This document shows positions 10,345 to 22,100 of a stretch of DNA of 64,000 nt, one piece after another. Source of the DNA: Schmidtea nova (lineage: Eukaryota); assembly GCA_044892505.1 (NCBI GenBank), contig CM097883.1, forward strand, positions 241,490,001 to 241,554,000. Direction: 5' to 3'. The notes beneath the pieces were generated by a model, which saw nothing but the letters and a program-made list of their open reading frames with translations, was not told the DNA's origin and did no database searches. The position numbers and the translations under genes were made by a program. How positions within the stretch are numbered: position 1 is the stretch's first letter; each line of letters begins with the position of its first letter.

Positions 10345-12999
10345 TTATTTAATTGATTTGGCTACATAGCCCTCCACCGAGGTCATGGAGTGACTTTTAG
10401 ATTCTTGAAGATGGGCTGCTTTGAGTTTGTCTACCGATACTCGTAAGGTTCTTGTTGGCAATTGAATTTCAAATGTTTTAAAATCTGAGCTTCGGCTTAT
10501 TACCTTGTATGGTCCGTCATATACAGGTTTGAGGGCGGTTCTTGATTCGGCTTTGAGCCACACGTGAGTAGATTCCTTCAACTCGCTTGGTAGGAATGGT
10601 TTCCAATTTTGATTTCTTTTCCTTCTGACTATAACATCGCCAGGTAGTCTTCCATCAGTTCCAAAAACACTTTGACTTGGTGATACATTTGTTTCTTCAG
10701 AGACGACGTTGCGAAGTCCAAGTAGAATTGATGGAAGTTCATTTGCCCACCTTCTGGGGGCATCATCTGAGTGTGCCCTTATTGCTGTTTTGAGAGTTCT
10801 ATGGAACCTTTCAACTTTACCGTTGCATTGAGGATGATATGGTGTGGTATGTCTGTGATCAGCATTGAATCTTTGACACATCTCTCTGAATGTAGCCGAG
10901 ATAAACTGCTTGCCGTTGTCGGTGATAATAATTTCTGGAGCTCCATAGCGGCATATCCACTCGGTCTCCAAGGTTCTTGTTATTATCTCGCTTGTGATCT
11001 CAGAGATCGGGATGGCCTCCGGCCAAGAAGTATGCCTGTCAATAATAGTAAGAATGTATTTCTTGTTGTTTACCTGTGGTAGAGGACCAACAATGTCCAC
11101 GTGAATAACTTTGAATTTTCCTAGATTTGGGAGTTTTTTGAGTGCTGACCTGGTGTGCCTGGTTATCTTGTTTTTCTGACATTTCTCACAGTTTTTGCAC
11201 CATCTTCGAATTTGTGCCCGCATTCGTGGCCATACGTATTTAGACGATATTAATTTAATCGTCGCGTTTGCTCCCGGGTGGCATATATTGTGGAGCCGCT
11301 TGAATTCAACGAGTTGATGGCTTTCAGGCAGAACTATTCGTTGTGACCCTGTTGACATGTTCACAATCATTCCATCTTCATTCTTTTGAGTTTCGAACGA
11401 GGGAAAAGCTTCCAACATTTTTAAGAATGATGGCTCTCTCTGTTGTTGGATGATTTCAGTTTTTGTAATCTGTAGTGAGTGAATATTTGTTTCTTCATTG
11501 ACATTGTCACTGGTGCCCATTTGCCTGGATAGGAAATCTGCAACCAAATTATCTTTGCCCCGTATGTGGTGGATCTTTACATCGAATTCACTTATGAACT
11601 GGATCCATCGCCATTGTCTATTTGATGGCTCTTTCATTGTGTTTAGGTAAATCAGTGGTTTATGGTCGGTAAGCAATTCAAAGCTGTTGCCCTCGAGGTG
11701 GTGCTTGAAGTTTTTGATGGCCAGGTAAACTGCTAGCAGCTCTCTGTCAAATGTTGAATACTTGCGTTCCGTATTGTTGAGTTTTCTTGAAAAGAAACTG
11801 ATGGGTGTGAGTTTACCATCGCAATTTCTGTGATTGAGACTTGCTCCGATGTCGATATCTGACGCGTCCGTGCATAAAATGAAAGTTTGCTTTGAATTTG
11901 GGGGTGTCAACTCAACAATTTCTTGTAGTTTCTTTTTTGCCGCCTCGAAGGAGAGTGTATGTTGTTCCGTCCACAAAAACTTGCGTTTGTCTTTGATGCT
12001 AACTGAAACTAGATCATGTAGTGGTCCCATTACTTCTGCCAGGTTTGGAGTTAGCCAGTGATAAAACGTTACTGCTCCTATGAATCTTCGGAGTGATTTT
12101 GGGTCATTCGGGCGTGGACATAATGAAATTGCTTGAATCTTGTCTGATTGTGGTGATATTCCTGAACCTGAAATGTTAAATCCAAGGAATTTTACTTCTG
12201 TTTGAGTGGTGCAGCACTTATTCTCATTGATGGACAAATTTGCGTCTTCCACGACTTTCCGAATGATTGATAAGTGATTAAGATGTTCTTCTCTAGACTT
12301 GGAGAAGATGATGATATCATCTATGTATGCTCTGGCAAATTCTCTGTACGGGCGTAGAAGTTTGTCCATGAACCGTTGAAAGGTTTGCGATGCATTTTTT
12401 AATCCAAATGGCATTTTTAGATATTCATATAACCCAAATGGCGTGATTATAGCCGTTTTTGGTATGTCATTTACTGAGATGGGGATTTGATGGTACGCTT
12501 TCTCTAAGTCGATGGTTGAGAATATTCGACTTCCTCCCAGTTGATGGAGCATATCGGTTATCCTGGGTAATGGGTATCTGTCTGACTTTGTTGCTGCATT
12601 CAAAAGTCTGTAATCTCCACAGGGTCGAATCGATCCGTCCTTCTTTTTTACGATGACCAATGGGGATGCCCAATTGCTCTTACTTTCTCGCATAATGCCT
12701 TTTGCAATTAACTCATTGAATTCCTTTTCCACCACGTCTAAGTACTTCCCGCTTAGGCGTCTAGCTGATTGTGCAATCGGTGGGCATGCTGTCTCTATCT
12801 CCAATGCGTGCTCAAGAAGAATTGAGTTGATTTCGTCAGGATCAGTTGTTGCTCTGGCTTTTTTCGTATTTTCGGCGATGTAAATCTTAGCATTTCTGCA
12901 GTCAATTACAAATTTATGTTTGGCTAGAAAATCTGCTCCTAGAATCGGGCGGGTTACATCTGCCACCACAAAGCTCCATTTAAAGTTTTGCTCTATCAA
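10345..12999 (-). CDS. Uninterrupted pol ORF of E2 (protease C-terminus, RT, RNase H, integrase with GPY/F); no natural start
   Basis: ILGADFL, WASPLVIV, YIDDII, TDASD, HxxxH..CxxC zinc finger, HVDIVGP / TDNGKQF / NGKVERF triad, DGPYKV. Begins mid-protease at TTG; stop lies inside the 3' LTR. Confidence 0.9.
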   Translation of the reverse strand: MIEQNFKWSFVVADVTRPILGADFLAKHKFVIDCRNAKIYIAENTKKARATTDPDEINSILLEHALEIETACPPIAQSARRLSGKYLDVVEKEFNELIAKGIMRESKSNWASPLVIVKKKDGSIRPCGDYRLLNAATKSDRYPLPRITDMLHQLGGSRIFSTIDLEKAYHQIPISVNDIPKTAIITPFGLYEYLKMPFGLKNASQTFQRFMDKLLRPYREFARAYIDDIIIFSKSREEHLNHLSIIRKVVEDANLSINENKCCTTQTEVKFLGFNISGSGISPQSDKIQAISLCPRPNDPKSLRRFIGAVTFYHWLTPNLAEVMGPLHDLVSVSIKDKRKFLWTEQHTLSFEAAKKKLQEIVELTPPNSKQTFILCTDASDIDIGASLNHRNCDGKLTPISFFSRKLNNTERKYSTFDRELLAVYLAIKNFKHHLEGNSFELLTDHKPLIYLNTMKEPSNRQWRWIQFISEFDVKIHHIRGKDNLVADFLSRQMGTSDNVNEETNIHSLQITKTEIIQQQREPSFLKMLEAFPSFETQKNEDGMIVNMSTGSQRIVLPESHQLVEFKRLHNICHPGANATIKLISSKYVWPRMRAQIRRWCKNCEKCQKNKITRHTRSALKKLPNLGKFKVIHVDIVGPLPQVNNKKYILTIIDRHTSWPEAIPISEITSEIITRTLETEWICRYGAPEIIITDNGKQFISATFREMCQRFNADHRHTTPYHPQCNGKVERFHRTLKTAIRAHSDDAPRRWANELPSILLGLRNVVSEETNVSPSQSVFGTDGRLPGDVIVRRKRNQNWKPFLPSELKESTHVWLKAESRTALKPVYDGPYKVISRSSDFKTFEIQLPTRTLRVSVDKLKAAHLQESKSHSMTSVEGYVAKSIK

Positions 13000-13041
13000 C
13001 TATAAATATTTACAAATTCAAATATTGTCTTATTTCTTATG

Positions 13042-13059
13042 ATCCCACTTCTGACACCA
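13042..13059 (-). other. Primer-binding site of E2, tRNA-Leu(CAA)-type
   Basis: Minus strand TGGTGTCAGAAGTGGGAT, 1 nt after the 5' LTR. Complementary to ATCCCACTTCTGACA-CCA, which I recall as the animal tRNA-Leu(CAA) 3' end. Confidence 0.85.
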
Positions 13060-14083
13060 ATGTTGTCTTTTTCGAAGTTCATCATAAGAAATAAGACAAT
13101 ATTTGAATTTGTAAATATTTATTTGTTTCACATATTAAAACAAAGTTTTTGTTTAATAATATTATTATTATAAATACCTATGGTATTTATAATAATTATT
13201 TAATTGATTTGGCTACAATATAGTATCACATTTATAATTTAAAATGATTTCAATTATTGTCTTGTGTGCATAAATATTTTTTCCACTCTCAATCTTGGAA
13301 GAAAGAATAAGTTATTATTTCCCAGAAATATCCTTCGAGGATCTTATGACTGGATGCGAAATCAATTTGTCGAAAAAATTAATTTTAGTCTTATAGAAGA
13401 ATTAACAGATATATACAATGATCGTAGACTAACACTAAAATATTCAGAAAGTCCCCTAAATAATATTTGATACTTATTAGAAAGGAATACTCAATTGTTG
13501 GAGAAAGGTCATTTAAAAATTATTAATGTTTTCTGCGTTCTATTTGTGTAAGGCGAGATTCTTTGCGCTTGTCAATATTAATTTAGTAATTAAAGAAGAG
13601 AAAAACTAAAGTAAGCACATGTTCTTTTAAAACTTCTTATTTTTCAAAAAGTCATCCATTTGTCAAATTTCTAAATAATTATTACAAAAAATATCTTTCC
13701 AAGTTGGAAATTCCAACTGAGTCAAAAATAAACTTACAATGAATGAGTTGAGAGTTTGACTGTCAAACACTCGACTAGATATAAAAGAAAATTGCAAAAA
13801 ATCATCAAGCACAATCTTCTCATTAATAATATTTAATTATTTATTTTGTCCAAAAAAATGTTTGGTTTATTAAATAAACGTATTGAAATCACAAAATAGT
13901 ATTATTTTGGGAAATTTCATAAAAAATCTCTTAATGCCTTTCAAGAAATAATGGAAAAAACAATTTTTTCTATCATTGATTGTTTAAAAAAATAACTGAA
14001 ATGATAAAAACATAAGAGGGCCACAAAATTTTTATAATTAATATTATGGTGCCGAGATCTTAAAAAGGTTGAGAACCACTGGT

Positions 14084-14949
14084 CAGGGCCGCCCTAATCA
14101 CAGGCTAATGGGCTATAGTCCCAGGGTGCAAGCTTTTTGTGGCGGCAATTTTTATTTGCGATGTATATGTTTTTTTGTTATTATTAGTTATTTAGTTATT
14201 AGTCATTTAGTTAATAGTTTTATAAAAATTCATTTATCATTTTAGTAGTTTTCACGTATTTTTAAATTAAAACAATTTCTTAAATTATTTAACTGAATTT
14301 TATATTCAAATGTGCTGGAGTGACAAACGATATTACAATAATTTTACTATAACTTTATTGAAGTATGCCTACATTTTAAATATGTGAATTTATTGGAAAA
14401 TACAGAAAATATATCTACTGCAGAATTAAGTTTAAAGACGATAATCGAATCGAAAATTGAATCTACATTTCCAAACGTGCCCACAGCACTGAGCATTTTT
14501 TAGGTATCGCCACTACAAACTGCAGTGACGAAAGATCATTTTGAGCAATAAAAAGAATTAAGAAATATTTACGATCTTCTTTGGTACAGAGCAAATTCAA
14601 TGATTTAAGCATTTTATCAATTGAGAGAGATTTATTTGATAACTTAAATACGAGGGATATTATTATTTAGTTTGCCAAAGAAAAAGCTATGAAAATAAAT
14701 ATATAAGTTACTTTGTTTCTTGTTTGCATTAAGGTTTGATTTTGTTCTTAAAGGTTTTTTAATTTTATTTAATTCAATTTTGTGTTTTTGTTTTGTATAT
14801 AGGTAATAAATTAATTTTTTTAGTTCTGACACTTTTGTGTAACTTTACCGGACACCCCGCTCCTGTTTGCTATTCTGTTAATTTTCTTACGAAGAGGGGC
14901 GCATTATTTTTAGTAGCCCAAGGGTGCCGAATTTCTTAAGACAGCCCTG
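14084..14949 (+). mobile_element. Internally deleted hAT element with transposase dimerisation-domain remnant
   Basis: TIRs CAGGGCCGCCCTAA / TTAAGACAGCCCTG, perfect 8-bp TSD CCACTGGT. ~14440-14705 reads TFPNVPTALSIF..TTNCSDERSF*AIKRIKKYLRSS..LSILSIE..FAKEKA. Left TSD overlaps an older hAT-like end (AAAGGTTGAGAACCACTG). Confidence 0.9.
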
Positions 14950-15181
14950 CCACTGGTTTAAGATCTAACATTATCATGCAGGTAAATAAAGCGTGGACTT
15001 CTACCAAAATTCCCGAAATATTATTAAAGTAAGATATTATAATGCATTGGATAAGGAAATTCACTCTTATTTAAAAGCGAAAGATCAGTTTTAAGACATT
15101 TCTTGTAATTGGTAAGAGATTGTAAATTAAAATTTACAATTAATAATCAAAATCTAATATTAATTTTATTTTCAATAAATC

Positions 15182-16462
15182 ATGTTTAAGATTTATATTG
15201 TAATTATTTATTTATTAAATGAAGAATTCCTGACGGGAGTCCCTAGTTTAGTCACGCATAGACACTATTACATTTGGCTACCAATCGGAAAATTGGCAAA
15301 TCTACCATGTGATCCGTTTTTGGATGAAAACGATATAAATATATCTCAGAAAATCACAATACAACTAGCAGCCGTCGAATGGTTTGACATCGGAGGATTT
15401 TATCTTCGAACAGGATTCATTCTTCCGGTTCGAGCTTTTAGTGAAAAATCATTATATGGTTTTGTTTGTCATCTTCTCGATAGAAATGGAGAGCTATTTC
15501 GTCGAATTGAGCATCATGCAACGGCTTATAGTCAACCAACGGTTCTATGGGCTTATACAATTCATTTAAACAAGTATCATTTGTTAACTAAAGAAAATTT
15601 CTTGATAAAAGACATCGAGATATTGTTCAGAAATATTAGCTTGATCTGTAACTCAATTTGTGAGAAATTTGATTTTTGTCACTATCAATTTGTCTTTTTC
15701 CATAAATCCCCATATGATGAATATTTAGCCTCCACCGATGGACAACCAGATGCTGCCATTGAAAATCAAATGAATGATTTGATTGGACATGCGCAATCCT
15801 TAACATTCTATTTTAAAGTTGACTTCCTAAACTATTCCGATCTTATAATAGATCCATACTCCACGGAATTCAAAGTTCACATCAGTCAAAAGAAGCTAAA
15901 TTTTTTTAAATATTTCGAAAAGGTTGTCATAGACAGTTACTTAAAGAACTATACGATTACTAATGGATTAAGGCCGATAAATTTTGAAATAGAAATTATC
16001 TGCCCCGGCGGATCAGAAGAGGTCATTGGTTATGTTAGTTGCCGTCGCTGTGTCGCAGGGTATTATGCAAAACCCGGAGGCAGGTGTCAACCATGTGAAT
16101 ATGGAACATTTCAAAGCAATGAAGGATCTTCGCAGTGCAATGCATGTCCGTATATTTATAAAACTTTGAAAAGGGCAAGTACAAAAGAAGAAGACTGTAT
16201 TTTTGATGGGCCGATCTTATCAACGGCTTTTTACTATTACAGCAGTCGGATTTGGGATAACATTGTCGCCAGTCACCGTACGTTTTCGTTTAGATTTCTC
16301 ACTCTTACCTTCGTCTATTGGGTTATTGCATTTTTTATTATCGGTTGGCTAAGCTATCGAATCCACCTTTATCGGAAAATCAAGCGACGGCGGGATTTAG
16401 CTTTCCAGCAACTTTTAACTGCCTGTACAATCGGTAGCATAAATATGAATATTAATGAATAA
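15182..16462 (+). CDS. Intronless type-I membrane protein (426 aa): signal peptide, Ig-like domain, GCC2/GCC3 (ephrin-receptor-like) Cys-rich repeat, TM helix
   Basis: Hydrophobic N-terminus; Ig-like C..W..YxxxC spacing (LPCD..VEWF..LYGFVCH); CPGG..CRRCVAGYY..CQPCEYGTFQSNEGSSQCNACP; TM FLTLTFVYWVIAFFIIGWLSY followed by basic RIHLYRKIKRRR. Confidence 0.8.
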   Translation: MFKIYIVIIYLLNEEFLTGVPSLVTHRHYYIWLPIGKLANLPCDPFLDENDINISQKITIQLAAVEWFDIGGFYLRTGFILPVRAFSEKSLYGFVCHLLDRNGELFRRIEHHATAYSQPTVLWAYTIHLNKYHLLTKENFLIKDIEILFRNISLICNSICEKFDFCHYQFVFFHKSPYDEYLASTDGQPDAAIENQMNDLIGHAQSLTFYFKVDFLNYSDLIIDPYSTEFKVHISQKKLNFFKYFEKVVIDSYLKNYTITNGLRPINFEIEIICPGGSEEVIGYVSCRRCVAGYYAKPGGRCQPCEYGTFQSNEGSSQCNACPYIYKTLKRASTKEEDCIFDGPILSTAFYYYSSRIWDNIVASHRTFSFRFLTLTFVYWVIAFFIIGWLSYRIHLYRKIKRRRDLAFQQLLTACTIGSINMNINE

Positions 16463-16804
16463 GTCATGAAATTATTCTATTCAAATAATCAAATGTTAAG
16501 AGAAATGAAATCCCAGCAAGCGTAAAATGAAGTCTTGGAATGTCTTTTATTCATAGTCTGAAAATACATTACATAAATTTAAATTAATATTTNNNNNNNN
16601 NNNNNNNNNNNNNNNNNNNNNNNNNNNNNNNNNNNNNNNNNNNNNNNNNNNNNNNNNNNNNNNNNNNNNNNNNNNNNNNNNNNNNNNNNNNNNNNNNNNN
16701 NNNNNNNNNNNNNNNNNNNNNNNNNNNNNNNNNNNNNNNNNNNNTCCTATACAGAAACAGGTGAAAAATACGATCAGGCTCCGTCGGTCCTGTACACTAT
16801 CCTA

Positions 16805-16922
16805 CGAAGTAAAAAACCCTATCTTAGCTTTATGTTAAACTAAAATTAATCAAGAAACGGGTTTGTTTCTTGATTTATCACAGTTTAACATAAAGTGTAG
16901 TTAAGGATTTTTTTTTACTTTG
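16805..16922. repeat. Imperfect palindrome (~55-bp arms)
   Basis: AAGTAAAAAA..CTTTATGTTAAACT..AATCAAGAAAC pairs with GTTTCTTGATT..AGTTTAACATAAAG..TTTTTTACTT; probably a MITE core. Confidence 0.55.
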
Positions 16923-17227
16923 TATGGCAGAAAGGGACTAAAAATTGTTGATCAGCACAAAATTTCCTATTTTAATTTACGCTTCAATAACCAACCCTGT
17001 GAGTATCTGTCGCCTGGTTTCAGTACGGACTGTTGATCTTTTAAAGGTCAGTTAATATGTTGTTTGTTTATATACAAGTATAAATTTATATTAGTTTGCA
17101 TGCTTTGAAATTTTAAATTAATATTTAGAAAATTTTCGAAAATATATTTTTTTTGAAATTGAAGAGGTTCTAAGATTAATCTTTTCAGTTTATTTTTTAT
17201 TAATATTGTTAAATCCCCCCTATAACA

Positions 17228-17529
17228 CAGTGGTTCCTAAACTTTTACCAGTCGAGTCCCACTATTAAAGCCGTAAACTTTTAGCGACACATCTGTAATA
17301 GAACAAGGATAAAAGTAAAAACTTTAATTTATTTATTTAAAGCACATATTTAAGCATAATTAAGAGGATGCATGCGACGAATGAGTTTGCTTTCTATTTT
17401 TGGCAATAACATGTTCGACGTCTACTTTTGTATTGCGGCAAATTAATATGCGCATAATTAATACTAACTAAAGATTAAAACTTAAGGCGACCAACCTTAA
17501 GTTGGTTCGTGACCCACTGGGAACCTCTG
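17228..17529. mobile_element. hAT (Buster-type) MITE
   Basis: Termini CAGTGGTTCC / GGAACCTCTG, TSD CTATAACA/CTATAACG (7/8); internally similar to 45541-45831. Confidence 0.8.
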
Positions 17530-18888
17530 CTATAACGTATTTCAAGATATTAAGTGAATTCGTCAGAAAATGGCTAGGCAGAAAATTCGTGTAAATATAA
17601 AATCAAAAATGGATCAATAGTCTCAAAAGAAATTAAAACAAAATAAAATAAAAAATGTTTTATTTCATTAGAGTCAAATAAACAAATATTGTAAGAAAAT
17701 ATCAAGAAAAAGTTAAAACAAAATAAGATTTAGTCTTCCTGAATTCGAGACTATCCCTTATTTTAGGAATAATTTTTATTAACTTTTGTTATTTGCCTTT
17801 TTAACTTAAAGTATTTATTCATGCTGCTTTACCGCAGGCACGAATAATGTACACCTGTGTTTAACTTTTATTACTATCTCAAGAGGTTAATATGGAACTG
17901 TTGCGATATGATCAGTTAATTTGTAATAGTATGCTCGATCGAATGTTTGAATGTGCTCCATAGAGTTCGAAACCAAAAAGTAAGCAGTTCAAAGAGACCA
18001 AACTTTAGAAAATTCCTTCATAGCCAGTGGGCTTTGAATGCAATACAAAATATAAGTAAAATGCTTATGCACGTTATTAAAAGTATTATTGAGTTGAAAG
18101 TAAATTCTCTTTGAAACATATTTAGTCATAGATTTTGCAGTACTTATAGTTATTTAAAATCTAAAAATTGGTACTAAAACTTTATTTAAACAAACCAAAT
18201 TTTGCGACACTAAAAATAAATATCTAAATGTTGTATGAAAAACAAACTATTGTTTATGACTACTCGGTTTTATTTAATTTATTATACAAAAACAATTTTG
18301 TGAATTCTGAAAATAGAAAAATACTTAAATTATTCAATTTTTCCATGCAATAATTTAATCACTTTCTCTATTCATCACAAATTTCGGCACTACCATTCTC
18401 AAGTGTTATTTGATAAGATTATTGAAGTTTAAAAGAAGAATCAGAGATCAGTAATCAATAACTCGGCATTAAGATCAGGTATGGAGTATGGAGAAAATGA
18501 GAGTATGTAACCGGAAAAATTAAAAAAAGAAATTTAAAGAAGGTAAATATTGTTATTTTTGTGTACAGATTTTCTGACGCCAAATGATGGAGTTTCTCAT
18601 TTGATAGTACGATCTTTGCATTAGATATTTTTAATATTTAATTTATTAGTGTTTTATGGTAATTGTGATCAGTTATGATAATTTATATTTTAGATGAAAT
18701 TTAATACAAAATAATTGTATATACCTTTATCGTTTGGTCACTTACACTTTATTTTGTATTAAAATTCATTTAAAAAATAGTTATAAATAAATTACCAAAA
18801 TTAGCAAAAAACACTAATAAATGAAATATTAACACTATTTAATGCAAATGTTATAGTATCAAATGAGAAAGCCTATATATATAATGTA

Positions 18889-19136
18889 CTAACATTCCGG
18901 AGTTCCGGGAATAGATCTAGTGAAATTCTGAGGTATCCCATTGTTCTGTATTGTAGTAGTAAAAATGTCATCTGGTTCTTCATCATATGCTTGATTAATG
19001 AGATTTATTTGAGAATCGACTGGTGACTGTGAATATTCGACAGTTTTCTCATGCTTCGGTGATTTTGGTTTTGGGGCTTCGGCATAGTATATTGGACCAC
19101 TAACTTTCGGCGGTGGTCTCGATACTTTCTTTTCCA
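18889..19136 (-). CDS. Adhesion GPCR, probable last exon (Pro/Ser-rich cytoplasmic tail)
   Basis: T-rich TTTAG acceptor, phase 1 matching the exon-12 donor; VEKKVSRPPPKVSGP...TPEC*. A GTTAGT donor at the end is also possible. Confidence 0.55.
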
Positions 19137-22100
19137 CTAAAATGAAATAATATTTTAGAACAAATGTATTCTGTAAAATATCATAGCAATTGCTTGGTTT
19201 TAACTAATTGTAATAGGTTTAACTTGTAGTTAATACTCCTTAGTAAGTTCAAAGTCAATTAATAATTCATGTCAAAAAATCTACACTTTTCTCAAAGTAA
19301 TGTTGGTATTATAATATGGAAGCGAGATCTATGACCTTTTTAATCAAATTGGTCCAAGAGATAGCTTAATGTTTGCTGTATAAAGTGACACCGGTAATCA
19401 ACATGACTTTTTTTCATAATAGTACCATCCGATAAAAAGAACTTGTTTTCAGGAAAGGAATTCATCTAAACATTTACGTACATCTTCTACTTGTAAAAGT
19501 GCTGACTAAAATTGTGGTTTTACAATATCTACATCAGAAAGAGATAAGTTCAAATGTGAAAGAAACTTGATTTGTTAATCCAGATTGTTTTCTTTTTGGT
19601 CACTGGAGGTAAACCATTTTTATTCCCATTAACAATACTGGAGTTCCGTAATATCTTTTTTCCGAAAGTATAGTTGCTCTATTTCTTCAAAGTTTTATAC
19701 TTTTCCATAACTCTAGGTCAGCGGTTTTCAAACCTTTTCTGTACAAAGGATCCCTTTTTTAATAAATTTTTTAAATATAGAGCCCGGATGCAGAAAAAGA
19801 GCAAAAATTTAAAAGATATTATTTACAACGCATATATTTTTACTTTTTATTGATATAATTGTACTTTTATTGTGGGTCTAACTTTAATGAAATGAATGAG
19901 ACTGTTACAATTTGTAAACCGTGTGTTATTGGTGACAATTGCATCCTCATATCATCCTCGGCATCCTTTGCTTTGTTGCCCAGTATCGTGAAAATCTTTA
20001 GTTGGAAATGGTAATAATTTTATAATTGCTCGCTGAAAAACCTGAGGATATTCTTCGACTAATGCAGACCAGACGTTAATGAGCTGGTTAGAATAGGATT
20101 TTTACTTGGGCGTTAAATCTGTCTTAATATCTTTTAACCCCTTTACCGTCAACTTTTTTTTTGAAATCGACCCTTAATTGGCGACTTTATTGGCGATTAT
20201 AAAAAAATTTAATTTTTTAATTTTTTTTCAATCATCGTTATCAACAATAACGAACAACTAATAACGAATAACAGTTAACTAACTAATAACAACAATCTAT
20301 AAAACGAGTTAACTCGGGTCTACCGGTTATCAACCGGTTTTGGCTTGACGAGTATCCTCGGGTCTACCGGTAAAGGGGTTAATTGCTCTTGTTACTTGAT
20401 TGGCAGATTATCATTTTGAATTGAATCGAGATACAGATTTCTCATTCAAGTAAGATTGTCATTTTTATGAAGAAAATATTTTTCGAATGGTTTTTTTACA
20501 ATATTTTGAGTGTACTTTTTTTTAAAAATAAATTTTGATATAAGAAAATTTAAATTTTCTGAAAAAACATCAACTATATGTTAATGATAATGACAGATGT
20601 AAATAATTAGATAAATAAGTTCCTTCTAGTGGGAGAATTAAAATATAACAAAATTAAAAAATTAAATATATTGGCACGATCTTAAAATTTTGCTTTACAT
20701 CAAACTTTATTCTTAAAAACAATAAAATTTTTCATAAACATCTCTTATTAAGTATTGATCTGTTCGTTTCTATTTCAGAAATTTTCATATTTTTAATAAA
20801 GACTATAGATCAGCGGTCGGAAACCTTTTTTAAGTACAGTCAAATCAACAAAAAATTTCAAAAAAATGAAATTTAAGAGCCGCAGTCACAGACATATTCG
20901 AGCAATATTGAAGCTAAGAGCCGCCGGTTCCCGACCGATGCTATAGATTAAATTTTAAAGGTACACTTTTTTAGTCTTTATAAAAAAAATTTCATAAAAA
21001 ATTTAATATTTATTTTAAAATGAATGTTTATTAAAATTGGTACAATATATTGAAATTAAATTTGCTATAAATAGATATTTTAGGTGTCGAGCGTATCGTA
21101 ACTCCAAAATACACCATAATTAACACCATCCAAAATTTTTTAATACGAAATTTTAGTACAGTTGTGATCTGGATTTGATCAGTTCATGATGTTGGTTGTT
21201 TAATAATATAGTCCATCGGATACAAAGAATTTAATATATTAATATAAGAATTTATATACAAGAATTTAAAATTGATTTATTTAGTTTGTGATTAGTTATC
21301 GTTTTACATATTTACACGCATTTATTTTTACATTAAAACAAAAGGAAAACATATAAAATATAGTAACTACAAGAGTTACTTACAAATAGCCCCCCGGAAA
21401 AAGTGCGGAGCATGTGGAAACCATTGTCTGAACGAACACACTTTTTATTTACATATTTATTTACAGATGTGTACAGATTTGCGACAATTTTGAGGAGGTA
21501 GAGAAAAAGAAGAAGAAAAAGAAAAAAAGGTTTATTGTAGGTTTTTTAATTATAGGTGTTTTTAGGTTATTTTATGATGCGTATCAACCGTGTAGGGGTA
21601 TTTATCGGTTGTCCTATTGTTCTTTCACGTACCCAATATGCGAAAGATGTCATCTTGGATCTTGTATTTGATGAAATTCTGTCTTGTTGGTTGTTTTTTA
21701 GAATCGATTTTTTGTTTGTTTGTTTGTTCTTTAAGTCTTGGGTTTCAATTGATGTGTTTGGTTTGTATGTTTGTTAGGTGTTGGTTAGTATTGTTGTATT
21801 TGTCTCAAAATCATTCGTTTGATTTTGATTTTGGATATTGTTTTGGTGAATGTAGCCGTCATTTGGACTTATACTAAAATCTTAATTGTCCATGAAATCG
21901 TGGTTTCTTTCTATGACGTGTACGACTTCATGGTCTTGTGAATTTGTTAGTTCGATGATACCTAATGCTGGTTTTAATCGGCTTAAGTTTATTGTCTGAT
22001 TTGGTCCATCGATGATCACATGTGCGTGATTATCAGTGATCTTTACAAGTTTGTGTGGGTTTAGGTATCTCGGTTTTAAACCAGAATCAGATGTTGTTCT

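Larger units (their letters stand above)
10210..13217 (-). mobile_element. LTR retrotransposon E2 (Ty3/Gypsy), 3.0 kb, gag-less, recent
   Basis: 157-bp LTRs 10210-10366 and 13061-13217 (TG..CA, 1 mismatch), 5-bp TSD ATATA (10205-10209, 13218-13222), PBS 13042-13059, PPT GGTGGAGGGCTA next to the 3' LTR. Confidence 0.95.
7501..13230 (-). mobile_element. LTR retrotransposon E1 (Gypsy-like, 3'-truncated, decayed); its 5' LTR is interrupted by E2
   Basis: Removing E2 and one ATATA rejoins a 232-bp LTR (13230-13223 + 10209-9986) with TGTGATA...TATCACA termini and AATAAA. The gag ATG (9969) is 16 nt downstream. No integrase or 3' LTR found. Confidence 0.85.
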
